A stretch of DNA of 64,000 nt from Octopus vulgaris (GCA_951406725.2 OX597833.1:17546001-17610000); one strand, 5' to 3'. Counted from the stretch's first letter, positions 26,877 through 40,241 are shown. Notes: generated by a model not told the origin, from the sequence alone. Numbers and translations: made by a program.

Positions 26877-27017
26877 TACATACATACATACATACATACA
26901 CACATACATACATACACACACACATACATACATACATACATACACACACATACATACATACATACACACACACATACATACATACATACATACATACATA
27001 CATACATACATACATAC
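26533..27017. repeat. (TACA)n/(CA)n compound microsatellite
   Basis: Directly visible. Confidence 0.95.
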
Positions 27018-27772
27018 AATGCATATCAAATATCTTTGGCGCTAAAAGTCTATTTTAACTTCTTTTAAACTTTTAAAGAAATATTCAAATATATTTTTAA
27101 AAATTTGTTTTGTCTACAGTACTTAATTTCCTTGAAATAAAATCACACCAGATATATCTTAGGTTTACTGTTACTCGAGGGAACACTAAATCTTAATAAT
27201 GAAGATAATTTCTAAAAATAGTCATAAATTATACGCTGTGGTGTGAAGACGCGTGGCCTAGTGGTTAGAGGTTTTGCGCTCACATTCGCAACGTCGTAGT
27301 TTCGATTCTCGGCCTGGGTAGTTCAACATGTTTTTGAGCAAAACATTTCACGTTGCTACAAAATGTTTCATTTCACGTTACTCAAATGTAAATATGTGAC
27401 ATTGCTCCAGACTGGGGAGTCCTTTTCTTTAAGGGTGGGGTTGGTGAATTTTTGGTCTCGATCAGCTTTTCATCTGTGAGTCCTGGGACCATATAAAGTA
27501 CTTCATCTATGCATATTTTGTCTGTCTTCTTACCCTATTAGAGGGTTTAAGTAAAATTATACAAATGTGTCCAACTGATTAAAAAAATTCTATTTATTTA
27601 TGTAACTGAGGATAGCCCTGCATTTAAATTGATGTAATGATTGCATTGCTCAATTAAATGGAGCCGCTTGAAACGATCATATTGCATCACCTATGGATAT
27701 CCTGTTGCTTATTTTGATTTTATGCATATTTACATGTAGAGAAGGAGAGTATCAGACCGATAGCTTAGTATA

Positions 27773-27970
27773 CGAGGGATTGCTGAATGGTTCCTGATTT
27801 TAAGGGTTTCGAAAGTGTAGAGTCGTTATCTTTACAGAAGAGACACCCTTGTGGGGCAATTGCTTGTATGTATGTATGTATGTATGTACGGTTGTCCTAC
27901 CTCCCTTGTAAAAGTAACAGCTCTACCCTTTCAATACCCTGAAAGCCAGAAACTTTTCAGCACCCCATCG
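27773..27970. mobile_element. Mariner-type MITE variant
   Basis: TA|CGAGGGATTGCTGAATGGTTCCTG...CAGAAACTTTTCAGCACCCCATCG|TA; interior differs from the 9012 family. Confidence 0.75.
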
Positions 27971-27974
27971 TAAA

Positions 27975-28060
<86 letters not shown>

Positions 28061-28957
28061 CATGTACGTACACATTGATTCCATGTACAGTTTTTTTGCT
28101 CTATACCAGGTGTTCTCTTTTTCTGCCTATCCATTTTCGGAAACCCTGCTTGCTTGCCCTTTTTTTCTGCCCCTTTTCTCTTTATCCCTATATCTGTCCT
28201 TATCTCTCTTCTCTCTCTCTCCCTCTCTCTCTCTTTCTCTATCTATCTATCTCTCCCTCTCTCTGTTTCTCCACCTCTAGTTCTCTCTCTATCATTTCAT
28301 GTTTTTCTTATCTCGCAGTATGTAAGCAACTGACATTGAGTTGCTGTTTAAGCTGTTATCTCCGTTTCAACTAATAAGGCATTTAATATCAGGAAAAATA
28401 ATTCCATATTAAGGTATTTTCCTTATTCCATGCGTCGTTGAGTTCATTAATTAGGTCTTGTAAAAGACTAACACTAATTGAACGTTGGATGAACACATCT
28501 GATAAATTAGTGTTAAAGCTTTCTTCTTCGCTGGTCACGACACAAACTGCTGGTATACCTACCTACCTACCTACCTACCTACCTACATACATACATACAT
28601 ACATACATACCTACATACATACATACATACATACATACATACATACATACATACATACATGCACACATACAAATATATATATATATACATAAATATACAT
28701 ATGTGCGCGTGTGTGTGTGTGCTCGTGTACATATGTATACGTATTCATGTATGTACATATATGCATCTGTCCTGATTCCATTTAAGAGTGTATATGTGTG
28801 TGTGTGTGTGTGTGTATATATTTGTATATATGTACGTGTGTATAAATATATACATATATATACACTCACACGCACATACACACATACATTATATGTGTGT
28901 TTGTGTTTGTGTGTATGTGTGTGTGTATGTGTGTGTGTATGCGTGTGTGTTTGTGTG

Positions 28958-29185
28958 TGGAGGCGCGTGGCGTAGTGATTAGTGTGTTGAACTCATGATC
29001 GTAAGGTTGTGGTTTCGATTCCTGGACTGGGCGATGCGTTGTGTTCTTGAGCAAAACACTTCATTTTCCCATTGCTCCAGTCCGCTCAGCTGGCCAAAAT
29101 GAGTAATCCTGCGACGGACCGACGTCCCGTCCAGGTGGGGAATTTCTACACCACTGAAACCGGGAAATCGGCCCTTATGAGCCTG
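28958..29185 (+). mobile_element. Chimeric SINE (family D-type head, family C-type 3' domain)
   Basis: TGGCGTAGTG/GGTTTCGATTCC head, then CCTGCGACGGACCGACGTCCCGTCCAGG...GGCCCTTATGAGCC. Confidence 0.8.
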
Positions 29186-29287
29186 GGGAGCGCAACACTC
29201 TAACTGCTTCTAGGCCACGCGCTTTCGCAAACACGGTGTAACGGAATGCTGTTAACTGGGACTGACTGTAATTTTACACACTGACAA

Positions 29288-29319
<32 letters not shown>

Positions 29320-29596
29320 ACAGACATGTACACACAGACACAAACGCGCGCGCATTAGTAGTAAGTTTATTGTCTCACAACGACTATTAGCTTCATCTTG
29401 GTGTAGCAATTACAGATCAGCCTCACCCTTCCACGTTACCCCCACGATAATTTCTAATCGTCTTCAGGTTACCTGGGGTGTAATGAAATCGTTTTTCAAA
29501 TTACTCCCAGGAGCAGTTTGAAGGTAATTTCAGTATACCCCCACGATTTCAGGTTACACTCTACACAGCCTATTTATATTTAGTTAGATAATAATA

Positions 29597-29802
29597 AAGG
29601 CACAAGGCTTGACATTTTAGGGCAGGGAGATAGTTAATTATATCGACCCCAGTGCGTAACTGGTACTTATTTCATCGACCCCGAAAGGTCGATGAAATAA
29701 GTACCTCAGAAGAAATATGTTTCTGGACATAAAGCCGGAATAAATGCCGCTAAGCATTTTGACCGGCGTATAATAATAATAGTAATAAATATAATAATAA
29801 TG

Positions 29803-29872
<70 letters not shown>

Positions 29873-29877
29873 TGATG

Positions 29878-29944
<67 letters not shown>

Positions 29945-29945
29945 T
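29597..29945 (-). mobile_element. Degenerate SINE family B followed by a (TAA)n tract (29770-29945)
   Basis: TCGACCCCAGTGCGTAACTGGTACTT motif; the trinucleotide repeat is directly visible. Confidence 0.75.
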
Positions 29946-30084
29946 GGTATTTCTCCATATAGACTGGCCATAGAATTGAAGCAACGAAACATAGGTATGA
30001 TTGTAGAGAACAAGTCGACAATTTAAAGTCATATGATAATTGAGTGAACATCGAGGAAACTGATATAAAATAGAGACAGTGCTT

Positions 30085-30270
30085 CATAGTAAATATTATT
30101 TTATATGTGCATCTGAAAATCTAGTTTACTTGTTAATAGTTGCAAGATATGAAGAGAATTATATAGGACAAACTGGAATGTTCTTAAGAAAACGAATGAA
30201 ACAATATCGACAGCAAATTAAGTTTCCTGGCTACAGACGTATATCTCTCGGCGATACATTAGCGAATTAA
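30085..30270 (+). pseudogene. GIY-YIG endonuclease remnant of a Penelope-like element
   Basis: FICASENLVYLLIVARYEENYIGQTGMFLRKRMKQYRQQI has the N-L-(V/I)-Y...YIGQT...LR.R spacing typical of PLE GIY-YIG domains. Confidence 0.8.
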
Positions 30271-30967
30271 TAAGGAGTTTGTGTTCACTGGAAAATATCG
30301 GTTTCAGTTCACGTTCTTTATTTTTCAGATATATGTGTATGCATGTGTGTAACAGCAGACCCCGCAGGGAAAAACAAAAGACTCTCTTTGTTTCGATGTT
30401 TCTTCACGGGAGAAATGGAAATTTAGGTGCACTATCATTATTTCTTAATTAAGCTAATTTCCATGTCTTTTTGAGCTGAGCGAATAGAGTTTATTGCAGC
30501 TAATTGATATTTGCAGATATTTGATGTTCACTTAAAGCTTAATCCACCATGAAAAAGTAAGGAATTCCATTATGAAAATCAACAGTTTATTAAAGATGAA
30601 AACCTTCATAGCAATATCTTCGTAGCAATCTCCAGGATATGTTGAAATAAATAGTGAATTTGATTATTTCTGTTGGATTTTCCTTGGACATGGCATAAAA
30701 AACAACCAATGTCTCAAAGGAGTGAGTGTCGTGGAGTTTAGTTACATCCAACAAACACTGAAGTTTTTCCCAAAATCCAGGGTTTTTATAACTGCTCAAC
30801 TTGACTTTAAAGAATCGAAATTACATACAAATATTCTTTAACTAATTCTTAGAATTCCTATATGAGCAGTTATATTAACCAATGGGAAAACGACAATAAT
30901 ATTTCTTCGGCAACACGACATTACGTCATATTGCCAGCTACCACAAATTGGCGCACTTATTCAAAAA

Positions 30968-31215
30968 TGGCTACTTGCTACATTTCTAATGATTTCAACG
31001 TCAAAGAAAAACCACAGTATAGTTAAATATAGTGATTGGAAAAATATATTAAAGACTAGTTGAATTGAGCATGCAAGAAGAAAACTATTTGCATTTTGGC
31101 TACTTGCTACATTTCTAATGATTTTAACGTCAAAGAAAAACCACAGTATAGTTAAATATAGTGATTGGAAAAATATATTAAAAACTAGTTAGATTGGGCA
31201 TGCAAGAAGAAAACT
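30968..31215. repeat. Tandem duplication, 129 bp period, 2 copies
   Basis: TGGCTACTTGCTACATTTCTAATG...GCATGCAAGAAGAAAACT at 30968 and 31097, with few mismatches. Confidence 0.92.
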
Positions 31216-31714
31216 TCGAACATATACGTCCTTAGAAGTTATCAGCTGAAGTGTAGTATTCGCCATTGCTTATTGAAGGAAGTTTCTTCGTGTTCGAAGA
31301 TCATAAAGAAGAGAGGACGCCCTTAAGTAACTATATAACGCGACCCTTGACACTGAAGGGCGTTTCTTCTTGCCTGCTTAGAGCTTTTAAAGTTACTTAC
31401 TGGAGTAATTTGCGTTCTGTACAGAAATGCTGATAAAACACATCGAATGGTAAACTTCATGGAGGTTTCCACTGTAAGAAATCAGTTTCCAGATAAGAGA
31501 AACCATATGATGTGTATAAGTTACAACGACACGCCTAAGGTGGTCTGCAAACTTTCAGTTCACAGATTAGAAAGTTGGTTATTTATCTTGACTAACCTCT
31601 CCCACTCATGATCACACAAGTACATACGCAAACAGACATACACATAGACACACACATTCACACATACGTACGCACATCCACACTTATGTATGTACATATG
31701 TGATAAGTGAAGAA

Positions 31715-31997
31715 GGTGCACGATTGCTGCCAGGTCGTGAGTTCACTTCCCGGTGACGCTTTGTGTCCTTGAGCTAGATACTTTATTCCGCGTTGCTCCA
31801 GTCCACTCAGCTGGCAAAACTGAGGTATACCTGTATTTCAAAGGGCCAACCTCACCACATTCTTTGTCCCGATGAGTTTCCCTGATAACTACGTGTCTGT
31901 GGAGTGCTCAGCCATATGCACGTTATTTTCACGAGCAGGTTGTTCCGCTAATCGGATCGAGTGGAAGACTCGTCGTCGTAATCAACGGAGTGCCAGG
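31715..31997 (+). mobile_element. SINE family D, diverged
   Basis: Collinear with 59087-59407. Confidence 0.8.
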
Positions 31998-32305
31998 GTT
32001 TTATTTTCACTTGTGTGAGACTGTTTTGTGGTATGTTTTTGTTTTCGTAATTGTCCTAACATTGAAAACCAAACAATTCTGTAAACACCAATGTGGTTAA
32101 TTCTTGTAACTTTTGGCATTTCTAGAACCAAATACAAAACTGTTTCAAGGAAATTGGTTAGATGGATTCTTTTTTTTTTTTTTACTTCTGTTGGATTTTA
32201 GAGGGTAATTAAAACATAAAGAACGTTCAATCTATTATCTTCAGGATCTACATAAACAATTAGTTTGTGTCAGATTAAATTTTTCGCCATGCCTTCACAC
32301 GATAG

Positions 32306-32439
32306 ACTCAGGTATGGCTGTGTGGATGAGAAGTTCGGTTCGCAACCACGTCTAACCCATGCGGGTGTGAAAAAGTGGCTGTTAAAACGCCAGCAACTAT
32401 GATGTTGAGGAGGAGAACGACGACGACACACAGGACACA

Positions 32440-32471
<32 letters not shown>

Positions 32472-32679
32472 CAACGATGATGATGATGATGATGATAATG
32501 ATGATGATGATGACGACGATGACGATGATGATGATGATGATAACGATGTTGATGATGATGACAACGATGATGATGATGATAGTGTTGATGATGATGACGA
32601 TGATGATGATTATGATGAATGATGATGACGATGATGATTATGATGATGACGATGATGATTATGATGATGACGATGATGG

Positions 32680-32721
<42 letters not shown>

Positions 32722-32762
32722 CGATGATGATGATGATGATGATGATAATGATGATGATGATG
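32306..32762 (+). repeat. SINE-like head/tail stub with an expanded (GAT)n tract (32440-32762)
   Basis: CAGGTATGGCTGTGTGG head joined to CTAACCCATGC...GTTAAAAC, then (GAT)n. Confidence 0.7.
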
Positions 32763-33383
32763 ACAGAAATTTGAAGTATCGTTCATGCGTGAAATTATCA
32801 ATTCTATTTCTCAAGCAACCACAATAGTGAAATAAATATAATACTCCGTCGGAAAACAAAACAAAAAAAAACTAAATCTATAAGAAATTGAAAGCAACAA
32901 GAAGTTAGTTCTTTTGTAGAATGAAAATGTTCGCTTCCTCAAAATAAGCTGAAATATCAGTTTAATGTAATTTCACGTAAAACATGAGAATTCCCATCTG
33001 TAACGCTAAATCTTGCTTTTAAGGAAAATCTTATCATTTGAGATAATTTTACTCCAGAGATATAAGAAAAAACACATTATACTACATTATTAAATCTCAG
33101 CTATATGATTTCGAATCCCATGCATATATAATATTACTAAATTAACTATCTCAAATGTAGCAGTTACTATTTTTTTTTTAATTTTAAGAAATTTAGGCCG
33201 AAAAATAAAATCCGATATTCACAAACGTATCGGTTCAATCCGATACTGACTAGGACCGTGTCTTGCTAGGCTGGAATCTGGATAAATCGGGTTTTGGGTA
33301 ATGGCTAGCTTTGAATAGAACTGAGTCTAGTTGAGTATCTGATTAGACCTCATTCTTGATAGGATTGACTCTTTTCTGCTTCT

Positions 33384-33792
33384 AATTTCTTTATTGCCCA
33401 CAAGGAGCTAAACATAGAGGGGACAAACAAGGACAGACAAAAGGATTAAATCGACCTCTGTGCGTAACTGATACTTAATTTATCGACCCCGAAAGGATGA
33501 AAGGCAATGTCGACCTCAGCGGAATTTGAACTCAGAAAGTAACGGCAGACGAAATACCTATTTCTTTACTACCCACAAGGGGCTAAACATAGAGAGGACA
33601 AACAAGGATAGACAAACAGATTAAGTCGATTATATCGACCCCCAGTGCGTAACTGGTACTTATTTAATCGACCCCGAAAGGATAAAAGGCAAAGTCGACC
33701 TAGGCGGAATTTGAACTCAGAACGTAGCGGCAGACGAAATACTGCTAAGCATTTCGCCCGGTGCGATAACGTTTCTGCTAGCTTGCCGCCTT
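33384..33792 (-). mobile_element. SINE family B dimer with imperfect 14 bp TSD
   Basis: Two ~180 bp units flanked by TCTTTT(C/A)TGCTTCT at 33370 and 33795. Confidence 0.88.
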
Positions 33793-33974
33793 GGTCTTTT
33801 ATGCTTCTGGCTTTGAGTTGATGTGACTTTGGCTAGGAGTAAGTCTACCTATATCTGACACTTCATAAAGAATTCGTGACGCTGTTCGGTAAAACATCCA
33901 GAAAATATTCAGTGAAAACCACCTCCTTCTGCTGGCATGCGAAGTAAATTCATCTCTATGTCTTAGGCTGATGA

Positions 33975-34269
33975 ATTCATGAGGTAGTGAGATCGATTCC
34001 TGCACCGGACTGGGTGTTGTGTTCTTGAGCAAGACACTTTATTTCATGTTGTTCCAGTTCACTCAGCTGTAGAAATGAGTTACGACGTCACTGGTGCCTA
34101 GCTGTATCGGCCCCTTTGCCACATCGGTGGCGTGGAGAGGGGGAGACCGGTATGCATGGGCGACTGCTGGTCTTCCATAAACAACCTTTTCCGGACTTGA
34201 GCACTGGAAGGTAAATTTCTAGGAGCAATCCCATGGTCATTCATGATCGAAGGGGTTCTTTACCCTTTA
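33975..34269 (+). mobile_element. SINE family E
   Basis: Collinear with the reverse complement of 62521-62860; TTTACCCTTT tail. Confidence 0.82.
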
Positions 34270-34653
34270 TAGGACTCATCCAGCCGGTTACCTCGCTTCC
34301 ATAGGGTATAAGTAACCGAGATCACAACTCTGCCCCTAAACGGGACGCTAATCCGTTGCAGGGTTACTCATTGTGAAATTAAGTGTTTTGCTCAAGAACA
34401 CATCGCAACACCTCGGTCTTGAAGTCGAAACCACGATTTTGATCCCAAGACCTTCCGCTTTCGAGGATTAATTCATCCAAAGTTAAATATGTTGAGCACG
34501 GAGATTGTACAGTGCCGATGACGGGACACGGACCAGCTATTCCGCAGTTAATTATCCATAATCCATTACCCTACAAATTAGATTATTTGTGACTCTCGTA
34601 TAACAAAAGACATAATTTTAAACCATGAAACGTGTTTATATTATATTCTATAT

Positions 34654-35207
34654 CAGTGGTCCGCAAAGGTAGTACTGGATGTCCGTGAACTATAATTAAT
34701 GAATAATTATTAATTATCTCTATGTTCTTATATATATATATATATATAGTTGGAATTTACAAAAACAGACAAAAGACGAAGACGGGTGTTTGGGCAACAA
34801 ACAGAGGTATTAGTTTAACGCTCGGCAAGTGAGAAAGTCTTTTACGTTTCGAGCCTACGCTCTTCAACAGAAAAGAACATAGTAATAAGCAGAGAGAGAA
34901 AATAAAAATGGTTTAGTAGCTAGCGATCAATCATGGCGAATTATATATATATACGAGGTTATGAGGAGTAATGGTGTCATTGAAACCCAAAGGTGTCAGG
35001 TAATGCTGAATAAGTGCTATAGATAGACCATAGTTAATAAGGGGTTCAACGTTGGTCATGTGTCAGCGTGTGTATATAAAAAAAATTTTTCGTAAAGAGA
35101 TAAAAAAAAATCCAAGGCTGTATAGATTTTATAACATTTATAGATGTTCTAAAATCTCTAAATGTTCTAAAATCTACACACCCTTGGTTTTTTATCGCAT
35201 TAACAAA

Positions 35208-35243
<36 letters not shown>

Positions 35244-35305
35244 ATAAGCATATTAAAAAGGGTCCGTAGGAAAACTTATTCAAATAAAAAGGCTGGGAAC
35301 CACTG
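34654..35305. mobile_element. Old hAT-like MITE with a nested HHR-bearing insertion (~34745-34945)
   Basis: Termini CAGTGGTCCGCAA and CTGGGAACCACTG; no TSD. Confidence 0.45.
34839..34875 (-). ncRNA. Hammerhead-like motif (A6>U)
   Basis: Minus strand reads CTTTT-CTGTTGA-A-GAGC-GTAG-GCTC-GAAA-CG-TA-AAAG. Confidence 0.55.
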
Positions 35306-35342
35306 TGAAAGGTTGAGGCCCACTGTTCTATATTATCGTTTA

Positions 35343-35735
35343 TCTTTTACTTGTTTCAGTTATTAGACTGCGACCATGCTGCAGCACCACTTTGGAGAAT
35401 TTTTAATCGAACGAATCGACCCAAGTACTTTATTTTGTTTTAAAGCCTGGTAGTTGTCCTCACAGTCTCTTTTGCCAAACCGCTAAGTTACGGGGACGTA
35501 AACACACCAACACCGGTTGCCAAGCAGTGGTAGCGGACGAACACAGATGCAACGTCACACATAGATACGCATATTTGTATATACGACGGGCTTCTTTCAG
35601 TTTCCGTATACCAAATCCACTGACAAGGCTTTGACCGGCCCGAGGCTATAACAGAAGACACATGTGCATGGTACCACAGAGTGATACTGAACCCGGAACC
35701 ATGTAGATGGGAAGGAAACTTCATACCACACAGAC
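35343..35735 (-). mobile_element. SINE family A, older subfamily
   Basis: Consensus match with more divergence. Confidence 0.85.
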
Positions 35736-36518
35736 ATGATATTTATGAGATATTTTTCTATTTCATGAGGTTTCATATAGTGATATTTATATTTTTATGA
35801 TATATCACACACTTATCTTTACGCAGAGAAACTAAGAAAAAACAAAAACAATCCATTCGTTGTCTGCTGTTCAATTATCCAACACTGAGTATACAACACG
35901 ACTCGTCTTACACTCGGTCTCGCCATTGTAGCTAATCCCCATTTATGTTATCTTAATTTTCAGCAACTGAATATTCAACTAAATCTCATTTTTCAATTAT
36001 AAAACTGCCAATCGAAACAGAGTAGTAGTAAAATTGGTAATTTGATTCCATCACATAAAATGCAATAATGATTTTAGCCTCAAAACATCGTAAATGACTT
36101 TGCTCGGAAAACATTCCCGACAGGCAAATCTCTATCGTCTGCGCAGGCCGCTACCTTCTTCGGTTATGAAAAGTAGTTCATAAACAAACCTTCAAAATTT
36201 ACCCGGATAAAGACCTAAACTGTCACCCCACCCAACACTATATCTAACGTGATCATGTGAAAATAACCTGTGTTTAAAGAGGTGTGTGCGTGTGTTAATA
36301 ACTGGAGATGTAGCTTAGATGAAAGATGAGGAGAATTTAATATACATTTAAAAGCAACTTAAAGATGATCACGGAGCATAAGTAAAACAAAATGGCTATA
36401 TTTAGCACCAAAACATGTGACATTTTATTCATAGTATCTTATTATTATTCATCCCCCACCCACCAATAAAAAAATGACTGCCTTTGTGGCAAAATTTAAA
36501 ACCATTATCATTATTATT

Positions 36519-36740
36519 AAGGTGGCGAGCTGGCAGAATCGTTAGCATGCCAGGCAAAATGCTTAGCAGTATTTCGTCTGCCGTTACGTTCTGAGTTCAA
36601 ATTCCGCCGAGGTCGACTTTGCCTTTCATCCTTTCGGGGTCGATAAATTAAGTACTAGTTGGACACTGGGGTCGATCTAATCGCCTCATCCCCCTCCCAC
36701 AAAACTGCTGCCCTTGTGGCAAAATTTGAAGCCATCATCA

Positions 36741-36805
<65 letters not shown>

Positions 36806-36954
36806 TACGCATTGGGATCGATGTAATCAACTTAATCCCTTTGTCTGTCCTTGTTTGTCCCCTCTATGTTTAGCCCCTTATGAGCAATAAAGAAATAAAT
36901 TATTATTATTATTATTATTATTATTGTTGTTGGTGGTGGTGGTGGTGTTGTTGC

Positions 36955-36985
<31 letters not shown>

Positions 36986-37126
36986 ACTAAGGCGGTGAGC
37001 TGGCAGAATCGTTAGCACGCCGAGCAAAATGCTTAGCGGCATTTCGTCCGTTTTTACATTCTGAGTTCAAATTCCGCCGAGGTCGACTTAACCTTTCACC
37101 CTTTCGGTGTCCATAAATTAGGTACC
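36519..37126 (+). mobile_element. Cluster of SINE family B copies separated by (TTA)n/(GTT)n
   Basis: Heads at 36519 and 36988; tail piece at 36808-36897. Confidence 0.85.
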
Positions 37127-37209
37127 AGGGAAATAATAACAACAATAATAATTACAACAACATCGAAAAATACATTAGGAATGAGAACCGAGGTTCGAAA
37201 TTTCCCCAA

Positions 37210-37255
37210 GACACCTGATGAAGGCTGGAGGGTATATTAGCCGAAACGTTGTGTT
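37210..37255 (+). ncRNA. Minimal hammerhead ribozyme motif with canonical core
   Basis: GACAC-CTGATGA-A-GGCTG-(10 nt)-TAGCC-GAAA-CG-TT-GTGTT. Confidence 0.75.
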
Positions 37256-37309
37256 AACAACAAACAAGATGAGGACGAATATCCGTCAATTGTAAATAAT
37301 GTAAATAAT

Positions 37310-37433
37310 GTTACAAAGAATAAGTCCTGGAGTACAAAGAATAAGTCCTGGAGATTTTTTTCGACTAAAGGCGGTGCTCCAGCATGGCTGCAGTCAAATG
37401 ACTGAAACTGGTAAAAAAATGAAAGAATAAAAG
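37310..37433 (+). mobile_element. SINE family A 3' fragment with a duplicated TACAAAGAATAAGTCCTGGAG
   Basis: Tail motif match. Confidence 0.8.
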
Positions 37434-37820
37434 AATTTGACGATAGAGTACAAAGTGGGGGAAAAAAGCAAAAAACGAAAGAATTTATCTGACAGCCCAA
37501 TACATAAAAACTCTGACGTGTAAAACTTCTATTGGTTCGCGCATTGACATGCATGCGTTCTCCAAAACACACAATCATCAAGGCACAGATATGCATACAC
37601 ATTCATTCGTATATATATATATAAACACCTATAGAAATTGTGATACACTTATTTGAAGGTTGCACTCAAAGTACCTCCCTTACATAGCATTCTGCCAGAA
37701 GCAGAATTATATCAGTTTTATAATGGACCAATGGGCATTCAAAGTATGAGTTGCCTTTCCGGTCTTAAGCGAAATATGAAGAGTGTAAATAATTAAGACG
37801 GTAAGAAATATTGTGTGTTG

Positions 37821-37863
<43 letters not shown>

Positions 37864-37957
37864 ATGTTTTCAAAAGAATATGTTTAACAGAAAAGATTTT
37901 GATATGCACAATGTACACAGGCACACACATACATATATATGTGTGTGTCTATGTATC

Positions 37958-38046
<89 letters not shown>

Positions 38047-38363
38047 GCAGTTTATATTTACTGCTGAGAAAACCGCGCGAGAGTGGTGGATTTTGAAAAG
38101 TTATAGTATATAGACTCGAGGCATGGCTATTATCGCCTCGTGGCTATATGCTAGTCCTTGGCTTTCTGCTGAAGAGTGCAACGCCAGTCGTAAATAAATT
38201 TATTTTATTTACAAAAGATTGCCGAAACTATCCATAGTCCAGAAAGGATAGGGTAAACGTTTTTATTTCTCTTTCCATTTCAGAATTACAACTATTAGTG
38301 GTTTGGAGTTTAACTGCTCTTTCTAGTGAGTCGGATGTTCTATTATGGCCATCCCTTATATGT

Positions 38364-38433
<70 letters not shown>

Positions 38434-38442
38434 GTATATACT

Positions 38443-38496
<54 letters not shown>

Positions 38497-39114
38497 GAAA
38501 TGAGGCACTCTGGATGGTTTTATATTTACAGATATTTATTAGTATGTTACATGTTTTTATAAATCATATATCATATATCATATATTAGCGCTTTCGTCCA
38601 CTCTAATGGAGTGTTCAAATTGAACTTTTGCAGGAAATTTGTCTCTTTTTATAGTATTATTAAGAGTGAAGGGGTGGAGGGGAGATATAAGATAGTACAA
38701 GAGTGTGAGGAATGGGGAGAAAGTGAGAGAGAGACCGTGTGTTTGTGTGTGTGTTTTTGTATCTGGAAGAAGTGTCAAAGAAAAATAGAAAGAAAGGAAG
38801 AAAGAGAGAAAGAAGAAAACATTTGTTGATATCTTTGCAGCTGGTCAGTCTTTCAATAGTAAGTGATTCTTGGCTTTTAGAAATGGCAAACCCAGCTGGT
38901 CAATCCAAGGGGGTCAAAATGTCACTTTTCTAAATATTGTCTGGATTTCCTTTTTATCATTGTCTTGTGAGAGACAGAGAGAGAGAGAGAGTGTGTGTGT
39001 GTGTGTGTGTGAAAGAAAGAGAGAGAGCGTGTGTGTGGGTGTCTGTGTATCTGAAAGAAGTGTCAAATGGGAAAGCGGAATGAAGGGAAGGAGGAGGAGA
39101 GAAAGAAGAAAAAA

Positions 39115-39698
39115 TGTTAACACATTGCTTAGCGGTATTTCATCTGCCGTTACGTTTTGAGTTCAAATTCCGCCGAGGCCGACTTTGCCTTTCATCCTTT
39201 CGGAGTCGATAAATTAAGTACCAGTTACGCACTGAGGTCGATGTAATCGACTTAATCCCTTTGTCTGTCCTTGTTTGTCCCCTCTATGTTTAGCCCCTAG
39301 TGGGCAATAACGAAATAAGAAACGCTAGCATGCCGGTAGAAATGCTTCGCAGTATTTCGTCTGACATTAGGTTCTGAGTTCAAATTCTGCCGAGGTCGAC
39401 TTTGCCTTTCATCCTTTCGGGGTCGATAAATTAAGTACCAGTTACACACTGGGGTCGAGATAATCGACTTAATCCGTTTGTCTGTCCTTGTTTGTCCTCT
39501 CTGTGTTTAGCCCCTTGTGGGTAGTAAAGAAATAGGTATTTCGTCTGTCTTTACGTTCTGAGTTCAAATTCCGCCGAGGTCGACTTTGCCTTTCAACCTT
39601 TCGGGGTCGATAAATTAAGTACCAGTTGCGTACTGGGATCGATCTAATCGACTGGCCCCCTCCCCCAAAATTTCGGGCCTTGTGCCTAGAGTAGAAAA
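39115..39698 (+). mobile_element. SINE family B trimer
   Basis: Three head-to-tail units of GAGTTCAAATTC...GGTCGA...AAGTACCAG. Confidence 0.9.
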
Positions 39699-40172
39699 GT
39701 CTATTACATTACTCAAACGCATCTGATTGGCTATTAATATACTCATTAACAGCAGCAATAAACACTTAGCATATTTTAAACTCTCCAAGGCACAGAGTAA
39801 ACATATCTAACAGAGGCACTGAGAATTAAATGCAAAAACAATATTCTTGCTCAAATATCGTTGCTGCGTCGACATTAATGTCGAAATTATAATAATCTAT
39901 AGGTAAGTAGTCTCGAAAACATTTTGAAGCATCAAAAAGGAAACGTTAGTGAAGGTAAGTATGCCTTAGGGATACTGAATGCTTGTTGTTGTCTGTGTTC
40001 GTTGGTACAAACTTAGCTCAGTTTGTACAAATATGGATGTAGCGACTGCGGACGTAACAGATAGAATAGTCTGGGACTCGTTTTGAAGTCATCGTGTAAC
40101 TTGAGAGTAAATATATGAGTGCATAGACGCACACACACGCATACTACATGCAGACAGAGATACAGAGATAGG

Positions 40173-40241
<69 letters not shown>

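Noticed and set aside
29638-30087. Poly-Tyr/Ile/Leu ORFs
   Set aside because: They come from a (TAA)n microsatellite.
32375-32827. Poly-Met/poly-Asp 150 aa ORF resembling an acidic biomineral protein
   Set aside because: It is a (GAT)n expansion following a SINE stub, with no signal peptide or splice support.
38841-38858. 18 nt microexon (TTGCAG|...|GTAAGT)
   Set aside because: The splice signals are plausible, but there is no host gene, the pyrimidine tract is weak and the adjacent sequence looks like an old repeat.
39115-39698. CRISPR-like array
   Set aside because: Units are ~180 bp SINE monomers without unique spacers, there are no cas genes, and the context is eukaryotic.
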